A stretch of DNA of 48,686 nucleotides from a virus (lineage: Duplodnaviria > Caudoviricetes), in the IMG/VR virus record IMGVR_UViG_3300044500_000142, positions 1 to 48,686 of that record; one strand, written 5' to 3'. The translations under genes and the position numbers were made by a program. Every line of letters begins with the position of its first letter. Position 1 is the first letter of the stretch. Under the pieces are notes generated by a model that saw only the letters and a program-made list of their open reading frames with translations, was not told where the DNA came from and ran no database searches. Of the stretch, positions 27,102 through 36,215 are shown piece after piece.

Positions 27102-27206
27102 ATGAAGAAGAAGGGCAAGAAGAAGAAGGGGAAGAAGAAGGGCCCGCCGGCGAGCAAGGCGATGATGGGTGGGCCGTTCGCGTCCGCGGTCATGGCCGGG
27201 AAGTAG
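27102..27206 (+). CDS. Very Lys-rich micro-protein (34 aa)
   Basis: MKKKGKKKKGKKKGPPASKAMMGG...; its stop overlaps the next start. Confidence 0.4.
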   Translation: MKKKGKKKKGKKKGPPASKAMMGGPFASAVMAGK

Positions 27207-27742
27207 TGGCCCGGCCGAAGACCAAGCCGATCCCCACGGGTTCGCGCCGCGGCTCTCCCCTCTCGGTCGCCGACGTGCGACGCGCTGGCGCGCAGGCGCG
27301 CGCGCTCCTCGACCTCGTGGACCGCAGCGACAAGGACCTCACGACGCTCGGGATCTCGGAGGCCGCGTACGACGAGCTCGAGACCGCGGCGTCGAGGTAC
27401 GAGCGCTTCAGGATGCCGAGCTGCCGCGCGCTGATGGCGGCGACGCTGGGCGGCGGCCTGACGAAGGACGTGGTGCTCCTCAACTACAACCGCGCCATGA
27501 TGGCGATTCACGGGTTCGCGCCCGCGGTCGCCTACCTGCTGGCGTGGAAGATGGACGACGAGAACGCCCCAGGCTCGACGAAGGTGCTCCTCGCGGTGGC
27601 CGCGGGCATCGGGCTCCTTCAGCCGGCGGAGGCCGTCTCGACCCACAAGCGGCTCGACGCGCTCGACATGGAGAAGCTGCGCGAGCGCGCGCGCACCGAC
27701 CCGGCCGGCATGAAGGCCGAGCTCCTCGCGAGCGCGACGTGA
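27206..27742 (+). CDS. Putative terminase small subunit
   Basis: Size, basic N-terminus and position upstream of TerL; no diagnostic motif. Confidence 0.45.
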   Translation: MARPKTKPIPTGSRRGSPLSVADVRRAGAQARALLDLVDRSDKDLTTLGISEAAYDELETAASRYERFRMPSCRALMAATLGGGLTKDVVLLNYNRAMMAIHGFAPAVAYLLAWKMDDENAPGSTKVLLAVAAGIGLLQPAEAVSTHKRLDALDMEKLRERARTDPAGMKAELLASAT

Positions 27743-28437
27743 TCGACCCGAAAGCCATGTTCGAGCGCAGGCTCCTGCCGCCGTTCGTCTTCGATCCGTA
27801 CCTGCGGCAGAAGGGCCATTGGGCCCGCGCCGAAGGAATCCTCGAGCCTGTGATCCGCGCGGACCGCCTGGCGACGGGCCGGCCCGGGTGGAACGCGCTC
27901 CTGCACCACGAGGCCCTGCATTGCATCGAGCGGCACCCGCTCGTCGGGATCCTGCTGCTGGGATTCCCGATGTCGGCCGCGCCGTTCGTGGCGGCAGTCT
28001 TCGGGTCGGCGTCCGGCTGGGGCTCCCTGGCGCTCGGCCTTGCCCTGTGGGCGTGGTGGAAGCGTGAGCGAGAGATCCGCGCCGACGCCTTCGCCTGGAA
28101 GGGCGCGGGACCGCAGCAGTTCTACTCGTTCGTCGCGATGCTCCCGCACCCCGAGCTCTCGCCGGCGCTGCCGAAGGGCTGGCGCTGGCTCGCGTGGGCT
28201 CGGTGGCTGGGTGTGAACGCGGAGCACGCGTGGTATCGCTGGGTCTACGGGCGGACGTTGCAGGCACGGATCGAAAGAGCGCGGCGGCGGGCAGGGAGCA
28301 CACGATGGTCGCGGACGTCCTCATCCGAATCACCCGCGCAGACCGCGGGTTCGTCATCACCGAGCAGCGCACCGACGAGCGAGGCAAGGTCCTCCCCGCC
28401 GCCACGCGAATCGTCGAAGGCACGCACGGGAGCGTGA
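27739..28437 (+). CDS. Membrane zinc metalloprotease, M48 (HtpX-like)/M56-type
   Basis: ALLHHEALH, two TM helices, then WKREREIRADAFA (third-ligand E..AD); GTGA-coupled. Confidence 0.75.
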   Translation: MIDPKAMFERRLLPPFVFDPYLRQKGHWARAEGILEPVIRADRLATGRPGWNALLHHEALHCIERHPLVGILLLGFPMSAAPFVAAVFGSASGWGSLALGLALWAWWKREREIRADAFAWKGAGPQQFYSFVAMLPHPELSPALPKGWRWLAWARWLGVNAEHAWYRWVYGRTLQARIERARRRAGSTRWSRTSSSESPAQTAGSSSPSSAPTSEARSSPPPRESSKARTGA

Positions 28438-28523
28438 ACCTCTCCGACCGCGTGCGGCGCGACGTCGTCGCCATCGTGCGCGACGTGGTGCCCGCGCCGG
28501 CCAGCGCCGGCGATGGAGAGTAG
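28305..28523 (+). CDS. Hypothetical protein (72 aa), overlapping the protease 3' end
   Basis: GGGAG RBS, ATG at 28305, typical codon usage. Confidence 0.45.
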   Translation: MVADVLIRITRADRGFVITEQRTDERGKVLPAATRIVEGTHGSVNLSDRVRRDVVAIVRDVVPAPASAGDGE

Positions 28524-30312
28524 CCCGGCCACCGTTCTGCGAAAGCCGCTTCGCTGGGACGAGATCCCGCTGCCGCCCGGCTACCCGGCGGACGCGCTCG
28601 ACCCCAGGCGCAAGGTCGCGATGCGCGACGAGCACGAGGAGCGCAAGGCGAAGAAGCTCGCCGAGCGCACGCTCCTCGCCCGCAAGTGCACCGAGGGGAC
28701 GCCCGAGCGGCCGGCGAGCGAGTGGCGAAAGCAGGTGCTCGCGCTCTGCGCCGTCGATCCGGTCTTCTGGATCGAGATGTTCGGCTGGACCTACGACGAC
28801 CGCGTCGGCACCGACGAGCCGATGGTGCTCTACGACTTCCAGCGGACGAAGATCGTCGATCCGTACCTGTCGATGATCGCCACGCAGGGGCGCACTCGCT
28901 GGACCCAGTGCACGACGAAGTCTCGAGGCGTCGGCTACACGTGGGTCGAGCTCTTCCTGCGCGCGTGGCGCTTCTCGTTCGCTGAAAACTGGTCGGTCAT
29001 GGTCGGCGGCGTCTCGAAAGACCTCGTGGACGACCCCACCCACGAGTCGCTGTTCGGCAAGCTGCGCTACATCTTCTCGAAGCTCCCCAAGTGGATGCGC
29101 GACGAGCTCTACGGGCCGCTCTTCGATCGCGACACCTACAACCACCGCTTCCTCCTCAAGAACCCGTTCAAGCCCAAGAACATCATCGTGGGCGGCTTCT
29201 TCTCGGGCATGTTCGCCCGCTCGCACCGCTACTCCGAAATCTGGGGCGACGAGGTCGCGCACGCGGAGGCGATGAAGGACGCCGACCGCTCGCTCAAGCA
29301 GTCCACGAACCGATTCTCCGGCGGCTCGACGCCCCTCGGGAAGGCCACGTTCCACTACCAGTTGATGACAAACGACATGGCCGTCGTTCGGATCTGGCTG
29401 CATTGGAGCGAGCACCCGGAGCTCGACGCGGACTGGTACAACGACCAGCGCCAGCACATGAGCGACGAGGACATCGCCTCGGAGCTCGACTGCTCGTTCG
29501 AGGGCTCCGCCGGCGGCCGCGTGCTGAAGGAGGTCTCGGTCGCGACGCACTTCAGCGCCGTCGCCGAGGACGGCACCGACCTCGCGGAGTACCAGCCCGG
29601 CCTCCCGCTGCAAGCGATCATCGATCCCGGGATCATGGACGACCTCGCGGTCACCTGGGGCCAGTGGGACGAGCGCGGCCGCGGGGTGCTCCGCGGGCGC
29701 GTCGTCGATTTCGTGCAGACCCGCGACAAGGCAATCGACTGGATCGTGCCGTTCCTCACGGGCTTCGTCCCCGAGCAGACCTACGACATGAAGCCGTGGC
29801 CGCACGGCTACAACGCCGTCGAGCTCGAGATCATCAAGCGGCACGCGGAGTGGCGCGCGCCGGCGGAGATTTTCGGCGACGCCTACGGGAAGACCCGGAG
29901 CATGGCGACCGGCTACAGCGCCTACGACGTGCTCTCGTACTACGGGCTCGACGTCTGCCCGGTCGAGATCGAGGACGACATCCGGGCGCTCGTGCACCTG
30001 CGGATGGTCCTGCGGCACGTCCGTTTCGCCCGCCGGCTCGTCAACCAGCGCAACGGCAACCAGGAGACCTGCCCCACGATGGCCGAAGTGGTCACCCAAT
30101 GGCGGTATCCGCGACGCAAGCTCGGTGACTACCGCGAGATCAAGGCCCCCGTGAAGGACCGCTTCGACAACGGCGGCGACACCCTGAAGATGTGGGCCGC
30201 GACGATCGCGCTGCCCGACCCCGAGGTCGAGCCGCTAGGATCGGGCCGCGTGCACACCGAACGCGGGAGCGATCTCCTCGGAGGTCGAGCCCGGTGGAGG
30301 TTCAAGCGATGA
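28513..30312 (+). CDS. terL: Terminase large subunit
   Basis: LYDFQ adenine-binding motif, KSRGVGYTW Walker A, EIWGDEVA Walker B, GSTPLG motif III, IIDPG..D and DNGGD RNase H-type nuclease residues. Confidence 0.9.
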   Translation: MESSPATVLRKPLRWDEIPLPPGYPADALDPRRKVAMRDEHEERKAKKLAERTLLARKCTEGTPERPASEWRKQVLALCAVDPVFWIEMFGWTYDDRVGTDEPMVLYDFQRTKIVDPYLSMIATQGRTRWTQCTTKSRGVGYTWVELFLRAWRFSFAENWSVMVGGVSKDLVDDPTHESLFGKLRYIFSKLPKWMRDELYGPLFDRDTYNHRFLLKNPFKPKNIIVGGFFSGMFARSHRYSEIWGDEVAHAEAMKDADRSLKQSTNRFSGGSTPLGKATFHYQLMTNDMAVVRIWLHWSEHPELDADWYNDQRQHMSDEDIASELDCSFEGSAGGRVLKEVSVATHFSAVAEDGTDLAEYQPGLPLQAIIDPGIMDDLAVTWGQWDERGRGVLRGRVVDFVQTRDKAIDWIVPFLTGFVPEQTYDMKPWPHGYNAVELEIIKRHAEWRAPAEIFGDAYGKTRSMATGYSAYDVLSYYGLDVCPVEIEDDIRALVHLRMVLRHVRFARRLVNQRNGNQETCPTMAEVVTQWRYPRRKLGDYREIKAPVKDRFDNGGDTLKMWAATIALPDPEVEPLGSGRVHTERGSDLLGGRARWRFKR

Positions 30313-32531
30313 GCGCACCCACGGCTGCCGAGCTGAACGAGAAGGTCCTGAAGAAGGTCCGCCGGCGCCGGCTGCCGATGCGCCCGCTCGGCGATCGCGG
30401 CGCGAAGCGCTTCGTGATGTCGGTCTCCGACCTCGAGAACGAGGACGACGTCCGCACGACGATCATGTCCCGGCTCCGCCAGTCGGTGCAGGCTCGCCGC
30501 CCCTGGGAGGACGAGTGGTGGCAGGTCGTGCAGGCCTGGCTTCAGCGGCCCACGCAGGACCGCGAGGACGGCTGGGAGAGCGACCGCTACCTGCCGATCA
30601 TCTTCAAGCACGTCGAGACCGCGGTGCCGATCATCGTGTCCGCGGTGATCGACGCCGACGGCGCGTTCGAGGTCGAGTCGCTCACGCCCGACGGGCACGA
30701 CGTCGCCTCCGCGCAGAAGGACCTCCTCAACTGGCAGGTCTCGACGACGGCCAAGGCCGACATCGCGTGGGAGCGGATGTTCTTTTGGAGCGCGCTGATC
30801 GGCACCGGCTACGCCGAGCACTTCTGGGAGTACCGGCGCGAGCGGCGCTTCGTGCCGAAGGTCGTGATCGACCCGAAGACCGGGCGCAAGGTGAAGCGGA
30901 TGCTCGAGGCGGACGTCGTCACGCGGAACAACCCGCGGGTGAAGTGCCTGAATCCGCTGCACGTGTGGCCCGACCCCGACTCCGAGCCCGGCGACGACAA
31001 CGAGTGGTACATCGTCCGCACGAAGACCACGATCAAGGAGCTCAAGCGGCTCGCCGAGCAGGGCGGGCACATCGACAAGGACGCGCTCGACCTCTGGCTC
31101 GAGGACGCCAAGCCCGGCGACGACCCGCTCGACGCGCAGAAGCCGAACGAGGTCAACGAGGCTGACATGCAGCTCTGGGAGGAGTGGCTTCGCGACGCGG
31201 GCCTCGAGCTCTCCAACCACGAGCCGCGCGACGACGACTCGAGCGACGGCGAGAAGAGCGTGATCGTCCTGCGCTACGTCTCGAAGGAGGAGACCGTCAC
31301 GCTGGGCGACCCGAAGCACATCATCGGCGTCAGCCGCAACCCGAACACGCACGGGAAGACCGGGATCATCACCCACCAGTTCGTCGAGATCCCCGACTGC
31401 CCCTACGGCCGCGGCATCGGGCAGATCCTCCTCGGCCACCAGCAGCTTGCGAACCAGAACGTGAACGCATGGATGGACAGCGTCATGCTCGCGCTGATGG
31501 CGCCGATCGAAGTGGACAAGAACAAGGTCTCCGTGCTCGAGGAAGACTTCATCTGGGAGCCCAACAAGCTCATTCGCTCGCGCGGCGGCGGCGCGGTGAA
31601 GCGCGTCGATCTGCCCGCGCCGACCGCTCTCGCCCTTCAGGTGGACGCGCACCTTGCGCACGACGCCGACGACGCGACGGGCTTCGCGGGGCAGGCGCGC
31701 GGGGTCGCGCCCGCGGCCTCGACGACGGCGACGGCCTTCAACGGCATCGCGAACAACCTCTCGACGCGGCTCGTGTGCCACGTCCGCCGCAGCGCGCGCA
31801 CGCTCTCGATGTCGGGCGACCTCCTGCTCGCGCTCGACCAGCAGTACCTCGACGAGGCGCAGATGGTGAAGCTGGCCGGCGAGGAGGCGCTCGGCTATCG
31901 GATGATCCAGCCCGAGGAGATCGTCGGGAAGTCCGTCGTGCGCTGCGTCGTGAACACCGGCCGCGTGAACCCCGACATGACCGCGCAGCGGCTCATCCAG
32001 TTCCTTCAGGTCATCACGCCGCTCTTGCAGGCGGGCGCCGCGACGAACCCGATCGTGCTCTCGCTGCTGCGCTCGATCGCGAAGAAGCTCGACCTCGAGA
32101 AGGCCGACGTGCTCTTCCCGAAGGTGTTCTCGAAGGCTCGGGATCCGCTCATGGAGAACGCGTACATCGGCGTCGGCGGCCACGTCGATCCGCTGCCGAT
32201 GGAAGACCATTGGGCGCACGCGACCGCGCACCTGAAGGGGCCCGGAGGGATCGAGGACCTCACCGCGCGCGCGGCGACGCCCGGCGCGAACGTCAACCCC
32301 GAGGCGATCAAGGAGCTTCAGCGCCACGTGCAGGCGCACCTCGACGCGGCCGCGCAGGCCGGCATGGCCGCCGCGCAGCCTGGCGGAGCGCTGCCCGCCG
32401 GAGCGCCGCCGGCGGCCGCGGGCGCGCGCGCGAGCACGCCTGCCGGGGTCGCCGCCGGCGCCGCGGGCGCCAACGGCACGCCCGGGGTCGCGGCGCCCGG
32501 TCCCGGCGCGCCGGTCGGCAGGCCGCTGTGA
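30309..32531 (+). CDS. Portal protein (podovirus-type)
   Basis: 740 aa directly after TerL; SALIGTGY, NPLHVWPDP, PYGRGI...QQLAN motifs; Ala/Gly/Pro-rich tail. Confidence 0.85.
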   Translation: MSAPTAAELNEKVLKKVRRRRLPMRPLGDRGAKRFVMSVSDLENEDDVRTTIMSRLRQSVQARRPWEDEWWQVVQAWLQRPTQDREDGWESDRYLPIIFKHVETAVPIIVSAVIDADGAFEVESLTPDGHDVASAQKDLLNWQVSTTAKADIAWERMFFWSALIGTGYAEHFWEYRRERRFVPKVVIDPKTGRKVKRMLEADVVTRNNPRVKCLNPLHVWPDPDSEPGDDNEWYIVRTKTTIKELKRLAEQGGHIDKDALDLWLEDAKPGDDPLDAQKPNEVNEADMQLWEEWLRDAGLELSNHEPRDDDSSDGEKSVIVLRYVSKEETVTLGDPKHIIGVSRNPNTHGKTGIITHQFVEIPDCPYGRGIGQILLGHQQLANQNVNAWMDSVMLALMAPIEVDKNKVSVLEEDFIWEPNKLIRSRGGGAVKRVDLPAPTALALQVDAHLAHDADDATGFAGQARGVAPAASTTATAFNGIANNLSTRLVCHVRRSARTLSMSGDLLLALDQQYLDEAQMVKLAGEEALGYRMIQPEEIVGKSVVRCVVNTGRVNPDMTAQRLIQFLQVITPLLQAGAATNPIVLSLLRSIAKKLDLEKADVLFPKVFSKARDPLMENAYIGVGGHVDPLPMEDHWAHATAHLKGPGGIEDLTARAATPGANVNPEAIKELQRHVQAHLDAAAQAGMAAAQPGGALPAGAPPAAAGARASTPAGVAAGAAGANGTPGVAAPGPGAPVGRPL

Positions 32532-32842
32532 GCGGCGCCCTGAAGGACGCTGCGAAGCAGGAGATCCTCGCCGAGCTGGCGTGGACGACTCCCGAGCTTG
32601 CCGCGCTCGCGAGCCTGCGAGGCTCGACCGTTTGGCAGGCTCTCGAGAAGGTGTTCGCGCGGATGCAGACGCAGAGCGTCGCGATCCTCACGCGCGACGA
32701 CACGCCGCACGACGTCTCGCAGGTCCACCGCGGGAGAATCCAAGCACTTGCCGACGTGGCGGCTGTGGTAGAAATCGAAGCGCAGACGGCTCTCGACAAG
32801 CGAGACCAGCGCGGCGGCGGCGACGAGCGAGGCAAGAAGTGA
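32528..32842 (+). CDS. Small helical protein downstream of the portal
   Basis: GTGA-coupled; LASLRGSTVWQAL...HRGRIQAL pattern typical of post-portal genes. Confidence 0.7.
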   Translation: MSGALKDAAKQEILAELAWTTPELAALASLRGSTVWQALEKVFARMQTQSVAILTRDDTPHDVSQVHRGRIQALADVAAVVEIEAQTALDKRDQRGGGDERGKK

Positions 32843-33924
32843 CCCGATTCTTACGGTTCCTCTTCGGCTTCCTGTTCGAAGCGTTCGCGACGTGCGGCGC
32901 CGGGAAGGGCGACGCGTCGAAGGGCCGCCCCGTGATCGCGCCGCCGGCGTCTGCTGCGGGCGGGGACGACGGCGGCGAGGGGGGCGACGACGATCCTGCG
33001 GGCAGCGAGGGGGACGAGGGCGGCGGTGAGGCCGACCCGAAGCCCAAGAAGAAGAAGAAGAAGAAGGCCGAGAGCGAGGAGCCCGACGAGCTCGAGGCCG
33101 ACGAGGACGAGGAGGAGGACGACGAAGAGGACGACGCCGACGAGGAGGAAGACGAGGACGAGGACGAGGACGAAGAGGACGACGACGCCGACGAGGACGA
33201 GGAGGAAGACGAGGACGACGACGACTCTCCCTCGGCGATGCTTGCGAGCTCGTGGAAGGGCCGCCTCGCGAGCGACGCGACGCGCGACCCGACCGGCGAC
33301 GTGTTCCTCGACTTCACGAAGGCGAAGATCACGCCCGAGGCCCGCGCCGCGCTGAAGAAGAAGCTCGTGCCCGCCAACCCCGACGCAGACCAGATCCACG
33401 ACGCCGAAGCGATCCTCGACGTCGCCGAGGAGATCGGCGTGAACGTCGCGAAGGCGCTCCTCAACGAGTATCACCAGAAGGCCGGCTGGCCGACGCAGGC
33501 TCGCGTCACCATCGCCGAGCGCAAGGCTTCGGTGAAGGAGCGGCTCGGCGCGCTCGAGAAGCGCTACGGCGCGAAGCTCACCGACGCGGTGCAGACGCAC
33601 ATGCGCGAGACGTGGACCGCCCTGAAGGACGAGTTCGGCGCCGCGCGCGCTGACCTCGTCCCCTACGAGGACCTCTACCGGATGGTCCCGAAGAAGATCC
33701 GCAAGGCGGCCGCCACGAAGCCCGGCAAGGGCAAGGGCGGCAGCGGGCCCGAGGAGCGCGCGTCGCGGCGCGAGCGGGCCGAGGCTCTGCGGGCAGACGA
33801 CTCGCCGCGCGGGCTCGTCCGCACCAGCCCCAGGGGGGGCCGGCGCCGTGAGCTCTCGCGTGACGAGAAGGACCGCGCGGCGGTCGCGACGACGATCGCG
33901 CGCGCGGGCGCACCGCTCTTCTGA
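32839..33924 (+). CDS. Capsid scaffolding protein with hydrophobic N-terminal leader and long acidic tract
   Basis: Lies between portal and capsid; MTRFLRFLFGFLFEAFA leader, poly-K, ~50-residue D/E run, helical C-terminal half. Confidence 0.75.
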   Translation: MTRFLRFLFGFLFEAFATCGAGKGDASKGRPVIAPPASAAGGDDGGEGGDDDPAGSEGDEGGGEADPKPKKKKKKKAESEEPDELEADEDEEEDDEEDDADEEEDEDEDEDEEDDDADEDEEEDEDDDDSPSAMLASSWKGRLASDATRDPTGDVFLDFTKAKITPEARAALKKKLVPANPDADQIHDAEAILDVAEEIGVNVAKALLNEYHQKAGWPTQARVTIAERKASVKERLGALEKRYGAKLTDAVQTHMRETWTALKDEFGAARADLVPYEDLYRMVPKKIRKAAATKPGKGKGGSGPEERASRRERAEALRADDSPRGLVRTSPRGGRRRELSRDEKDRAAVATTIARAGAPLF

Positions 33925-33937
33925 CCCGGAGGCACCG

Positions 33938-35143
33938 ATGCTGACGTTCCGCCGACTCTCTCTTCTCCTCGTCGCGTTCCTTGCGCTGTTCACCACGGCG
34001 TTCGCGAGCCCGACGCACCTGCGCGGCATCCGGCAGTCCCTCACCGGGAACCAGGACAACCGCCTCTACGATTGGGACGAGCAGATCACGTGGCTCGACG
34101 CCGATCGCACCCTCTTCACGCAGGTCAGCATGAAGCTGGGGGACGAGAAGTGCGACGACCCCGAGCTGAAGAGCCGGGAGCGGCAGTTCCCGTCGCGGTG
34201 GGTCCGCGTGAACGAGGACATCGACTCGGGCGCGGAGACCGCGTGGGACGTCGTGGACGGGCGCGCGTTCCGCGTGAACGACGTCGTGCTCGTGACCTCG
34301 ACCGACGAGCGCGTGCTCGTCACCGCGATCTCGGGCAACACGCTCACGGTCACCCGCGCGATCCAGGGCTCGACGTCGGTCGCGTTCTCGAGCCAGGAGT
34401 GGCTCAAGATCCTCTACTCGAAGGAGTCGGAGAACGGGACCAAGCCGAACATCGTGACGACCGACCCGATCACGAACACCAACTGGACGCAGATTTTCAA
34501 GCGCGGCTGGGGCCAGTCGGGCACGGACAAGGCCACGAAGCGCCGCACCGGCCTCTCGATCGCGGAGGAGCAGAAGCTCGCGCTCGAGACCATGCGCGAG
34601 GACATGGAGCAGGCGTTCCTCTGGGGCAAGAAGCGCGAGGAGGTTTCCTCGGGCACCGTGACGCGCTACACGGGCGGGATCAACGAGTTCGTGACCACGA
34701 ACCGGATCGACCTCGAGGGCGGCATCGGCTACGGCGACATCGGGTACCTGATGAACGTCGCGACGCGCTTCGGCGGGTCGAAGAAGATCTGGCTGTGCGG
34801 CCGCGACGCGCGCCAGCAGATCGACGCGCTCGGCCTCAACTACCTTCAGGTCGGGCCCAAGGACAACTTCCTCGGCCGCCCGATCCAGAAGTTCGTCACG
34901 TCGTTCGGCGAGGCCGCGCTCCTCACCCACCACGGCCTCGACAACGGCCACGCGGGCATGATCTTCGTGATCGACCCGCTTCACGTGAAGAAGTGCTCGC
35001 TGCGCAAGATCACGGTGATGCGCGACGTGCAGACGCCTGGCACGGACGGCGAAGAGCACTACTACCTGACCGAGACGGGCCTGCGGTTCACGCAGGAGCT
35101 CGCCTTCATGGTCATCAGCGGCGTCACCAACCGGACGACCTAG
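33938..35143 (+). CDS. Major capsid protein (DUF5309/SU10-like) with signal-peptide-like leader
   Basis: GGAGG RBS; NWTQIFKRGWGQSGT, MREDMEQAFLWG, RYTGGINEF, FVTSFGE, IFVIDP, YLTETGL motifs. Confidence 0.88.
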   Translation: MLTFRRLSLLLVAFLALFTTAFASPTHLRGIRQSLTGNQDNRLYDWDEQITWLDADRTLFTQVSMKLGDEKCDDPELKSRERQFPSRWVRVNEDIDSGAETAWDVVDGRAFRVNDVVLVTSTDERVLVTAISGNTLTVTRAIQGSTSVAFSSQEWLKILYSKESENGTKPNIVTTDPITNTNWTQIFKRGWGQSGTDKATKRRTGLSIAEEQKLALETMREDMEQAFLWGKKREEVSSGTVTRYTGGINEFVTTNRIDLEGGIGYGDIGYLMNVATRFGGSKKIWLCGRDARQQIDALGLNYLQVGPKDNFLGRPIQKFVTSFGEAALLTHHGLDNGHAGMIFVIDPLHVKKCSLRKITVMRDVQTPGTDGEEHYYLTETGLRFTQELAFMVISGVTNRTT

Positions 35144-35178
35144 GCGACGAACGACCTCGGGGGGATGGAGCCTCTTCC

Positions 35179-35715
35179 GTGACGACCGCAACCGCTGCAC
35201 GCGACGCGACCGCGCTCTCCGAGCTCGTCGAGAGCCCGCGCGCCCTGAAGGCCCTGACCGACCTCGGCTACAAGACGCTGGGGGACGTGCGGGCCAAGGG
35301 GATCGACGCGCTGGCCGGGACGAAGCACGTGGGGCAGGTCACGCTCGACGCGCTGGCGGAGGCTCTCGGCCCGAAGGACCCCGCTCCTCCTCCCCCCGAC
35401 GGCTCGTGGGACGAGGGCCCGCACCCTCTGCACCTGCACTCGCCGCACGCCGGTTTCCAGTTCCCGCTCAAGAAGGCTCGCCGGATCTTCAATCCGCACT
35501 CCGGCGCGCTGGAAGAGCAGGCGCCCCTCTGGGTCACGTTCTCGGACCACGAGGGGGCTCTGAAGGCGAAGGATTGGTTCCTCCGCAAGTTCGACGGCGA
35601 CGAGGCCCGCGCGGACGACGCGGTCGCCAAGGGCACGCCCTGGCGGCTCGACGCGGTCGCCTGGCTGAAGGGCCGCCGGACGTACAAGAAGGACTTCTTC
35701 GTCAAGACGGACTGA
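35179..35715 (+). CDS. Protein with N-terminal RNA polymerase alpha-CTD-like (HhH) domain
   Basis: LSELVESPRALKALTDLGYKTLGDV...LAGTKHVGQVTLDALAEAL parallels the alpha-CTD consensus; GGAG RBS. Confidence 0.6.
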   Translation: MTTATAARDATALSELVESPRALKALTDLGYKTLGDVRAKGIDALAGTKHVGQVTLDALAEALGPKDPAPPPPDGSWDEGPHPLHLHSPHAGFQFPLKKARRIFNPHSGALEEQAPLWVTFSDHEGALKAKDWFLRKFDGDEARADDAVAKGTPWRLDAVAWLKGRRTYKKDFFVKTD

Positions 35716-35717
35716 CC

Positions 35718-36203
35718 ATGATCGCTCTCCTCGTCGCGCTCTCCCTGCTGCTGTCGATCGCCGGGATGTCGGTTGGGGCGATGGTCTGCCCCAAGCGTCG
35801 GGTGCTCGCGGCGGCCGTGGCTGTCGCGACCGGGACGCTCGGGCCGTTCCCCGCGGCCTTCAGCGCCGCGCCGCTGGTCGCGCACGCCGGCGACATGCAG
35901 GGGACGTTCATCGGCTCGATCGAGGTCGTCACCGCGAGCCTCACGGGCACGTCGATCACGGCCACCTTCGAGCACTCGCACGACGGGACCTCGTGGACCA
36001 CGTGGTTCACGGGCTCCGCGATCACCACGAGCACGACGACGCGCTACTTCGCCGAGGACGACTTCGAGTGCCCGAAGCGCTTCGTGCGCGTCACGTTCAC
36101 GAACGCGGGCAGCGGAGCGGCCACGGTGACCGTCACGCTGCACTACGCGCAGGTCTCCGCCCGGGGCTCGTACGCGCCTCCGGGCATCCCCGACCGTTAC
36201 TGA
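35718..36203 (+). CDS. Putative capsid decoration protein 1 (beta-rich, hydrophobic leader)
   Basis: MIALLVALSLLLSIAG leader; Thr-rich strands, FEHSHDGTSWTTW, KRFVRVTFT. Confidence 0.65.
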   Translation: MIALLVALSLLLSIAGMSVGAMVCPKRRVLAAAVAVATGTLGPFPAAFSAAPLVAHAGDMQGTFIGSIEVVTASLTGTSITATFEHSHDGTSWTTWFTGSAITTSTTTRYFAEDDFECPKRFVRVTFTNAGSGAATVTVTLHYAQVSARGSYAPPGIPDRY

Positions 36204-36215
36204 CCGGAGGTCTCC

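Noticed and set aside
33070-33225. GAG/GAC-rich run as a tandem repeat element or CRISPR array
   Set aside because: It encodes the acidic tract of the scaffold; there is no repeat-spacer periodicity.
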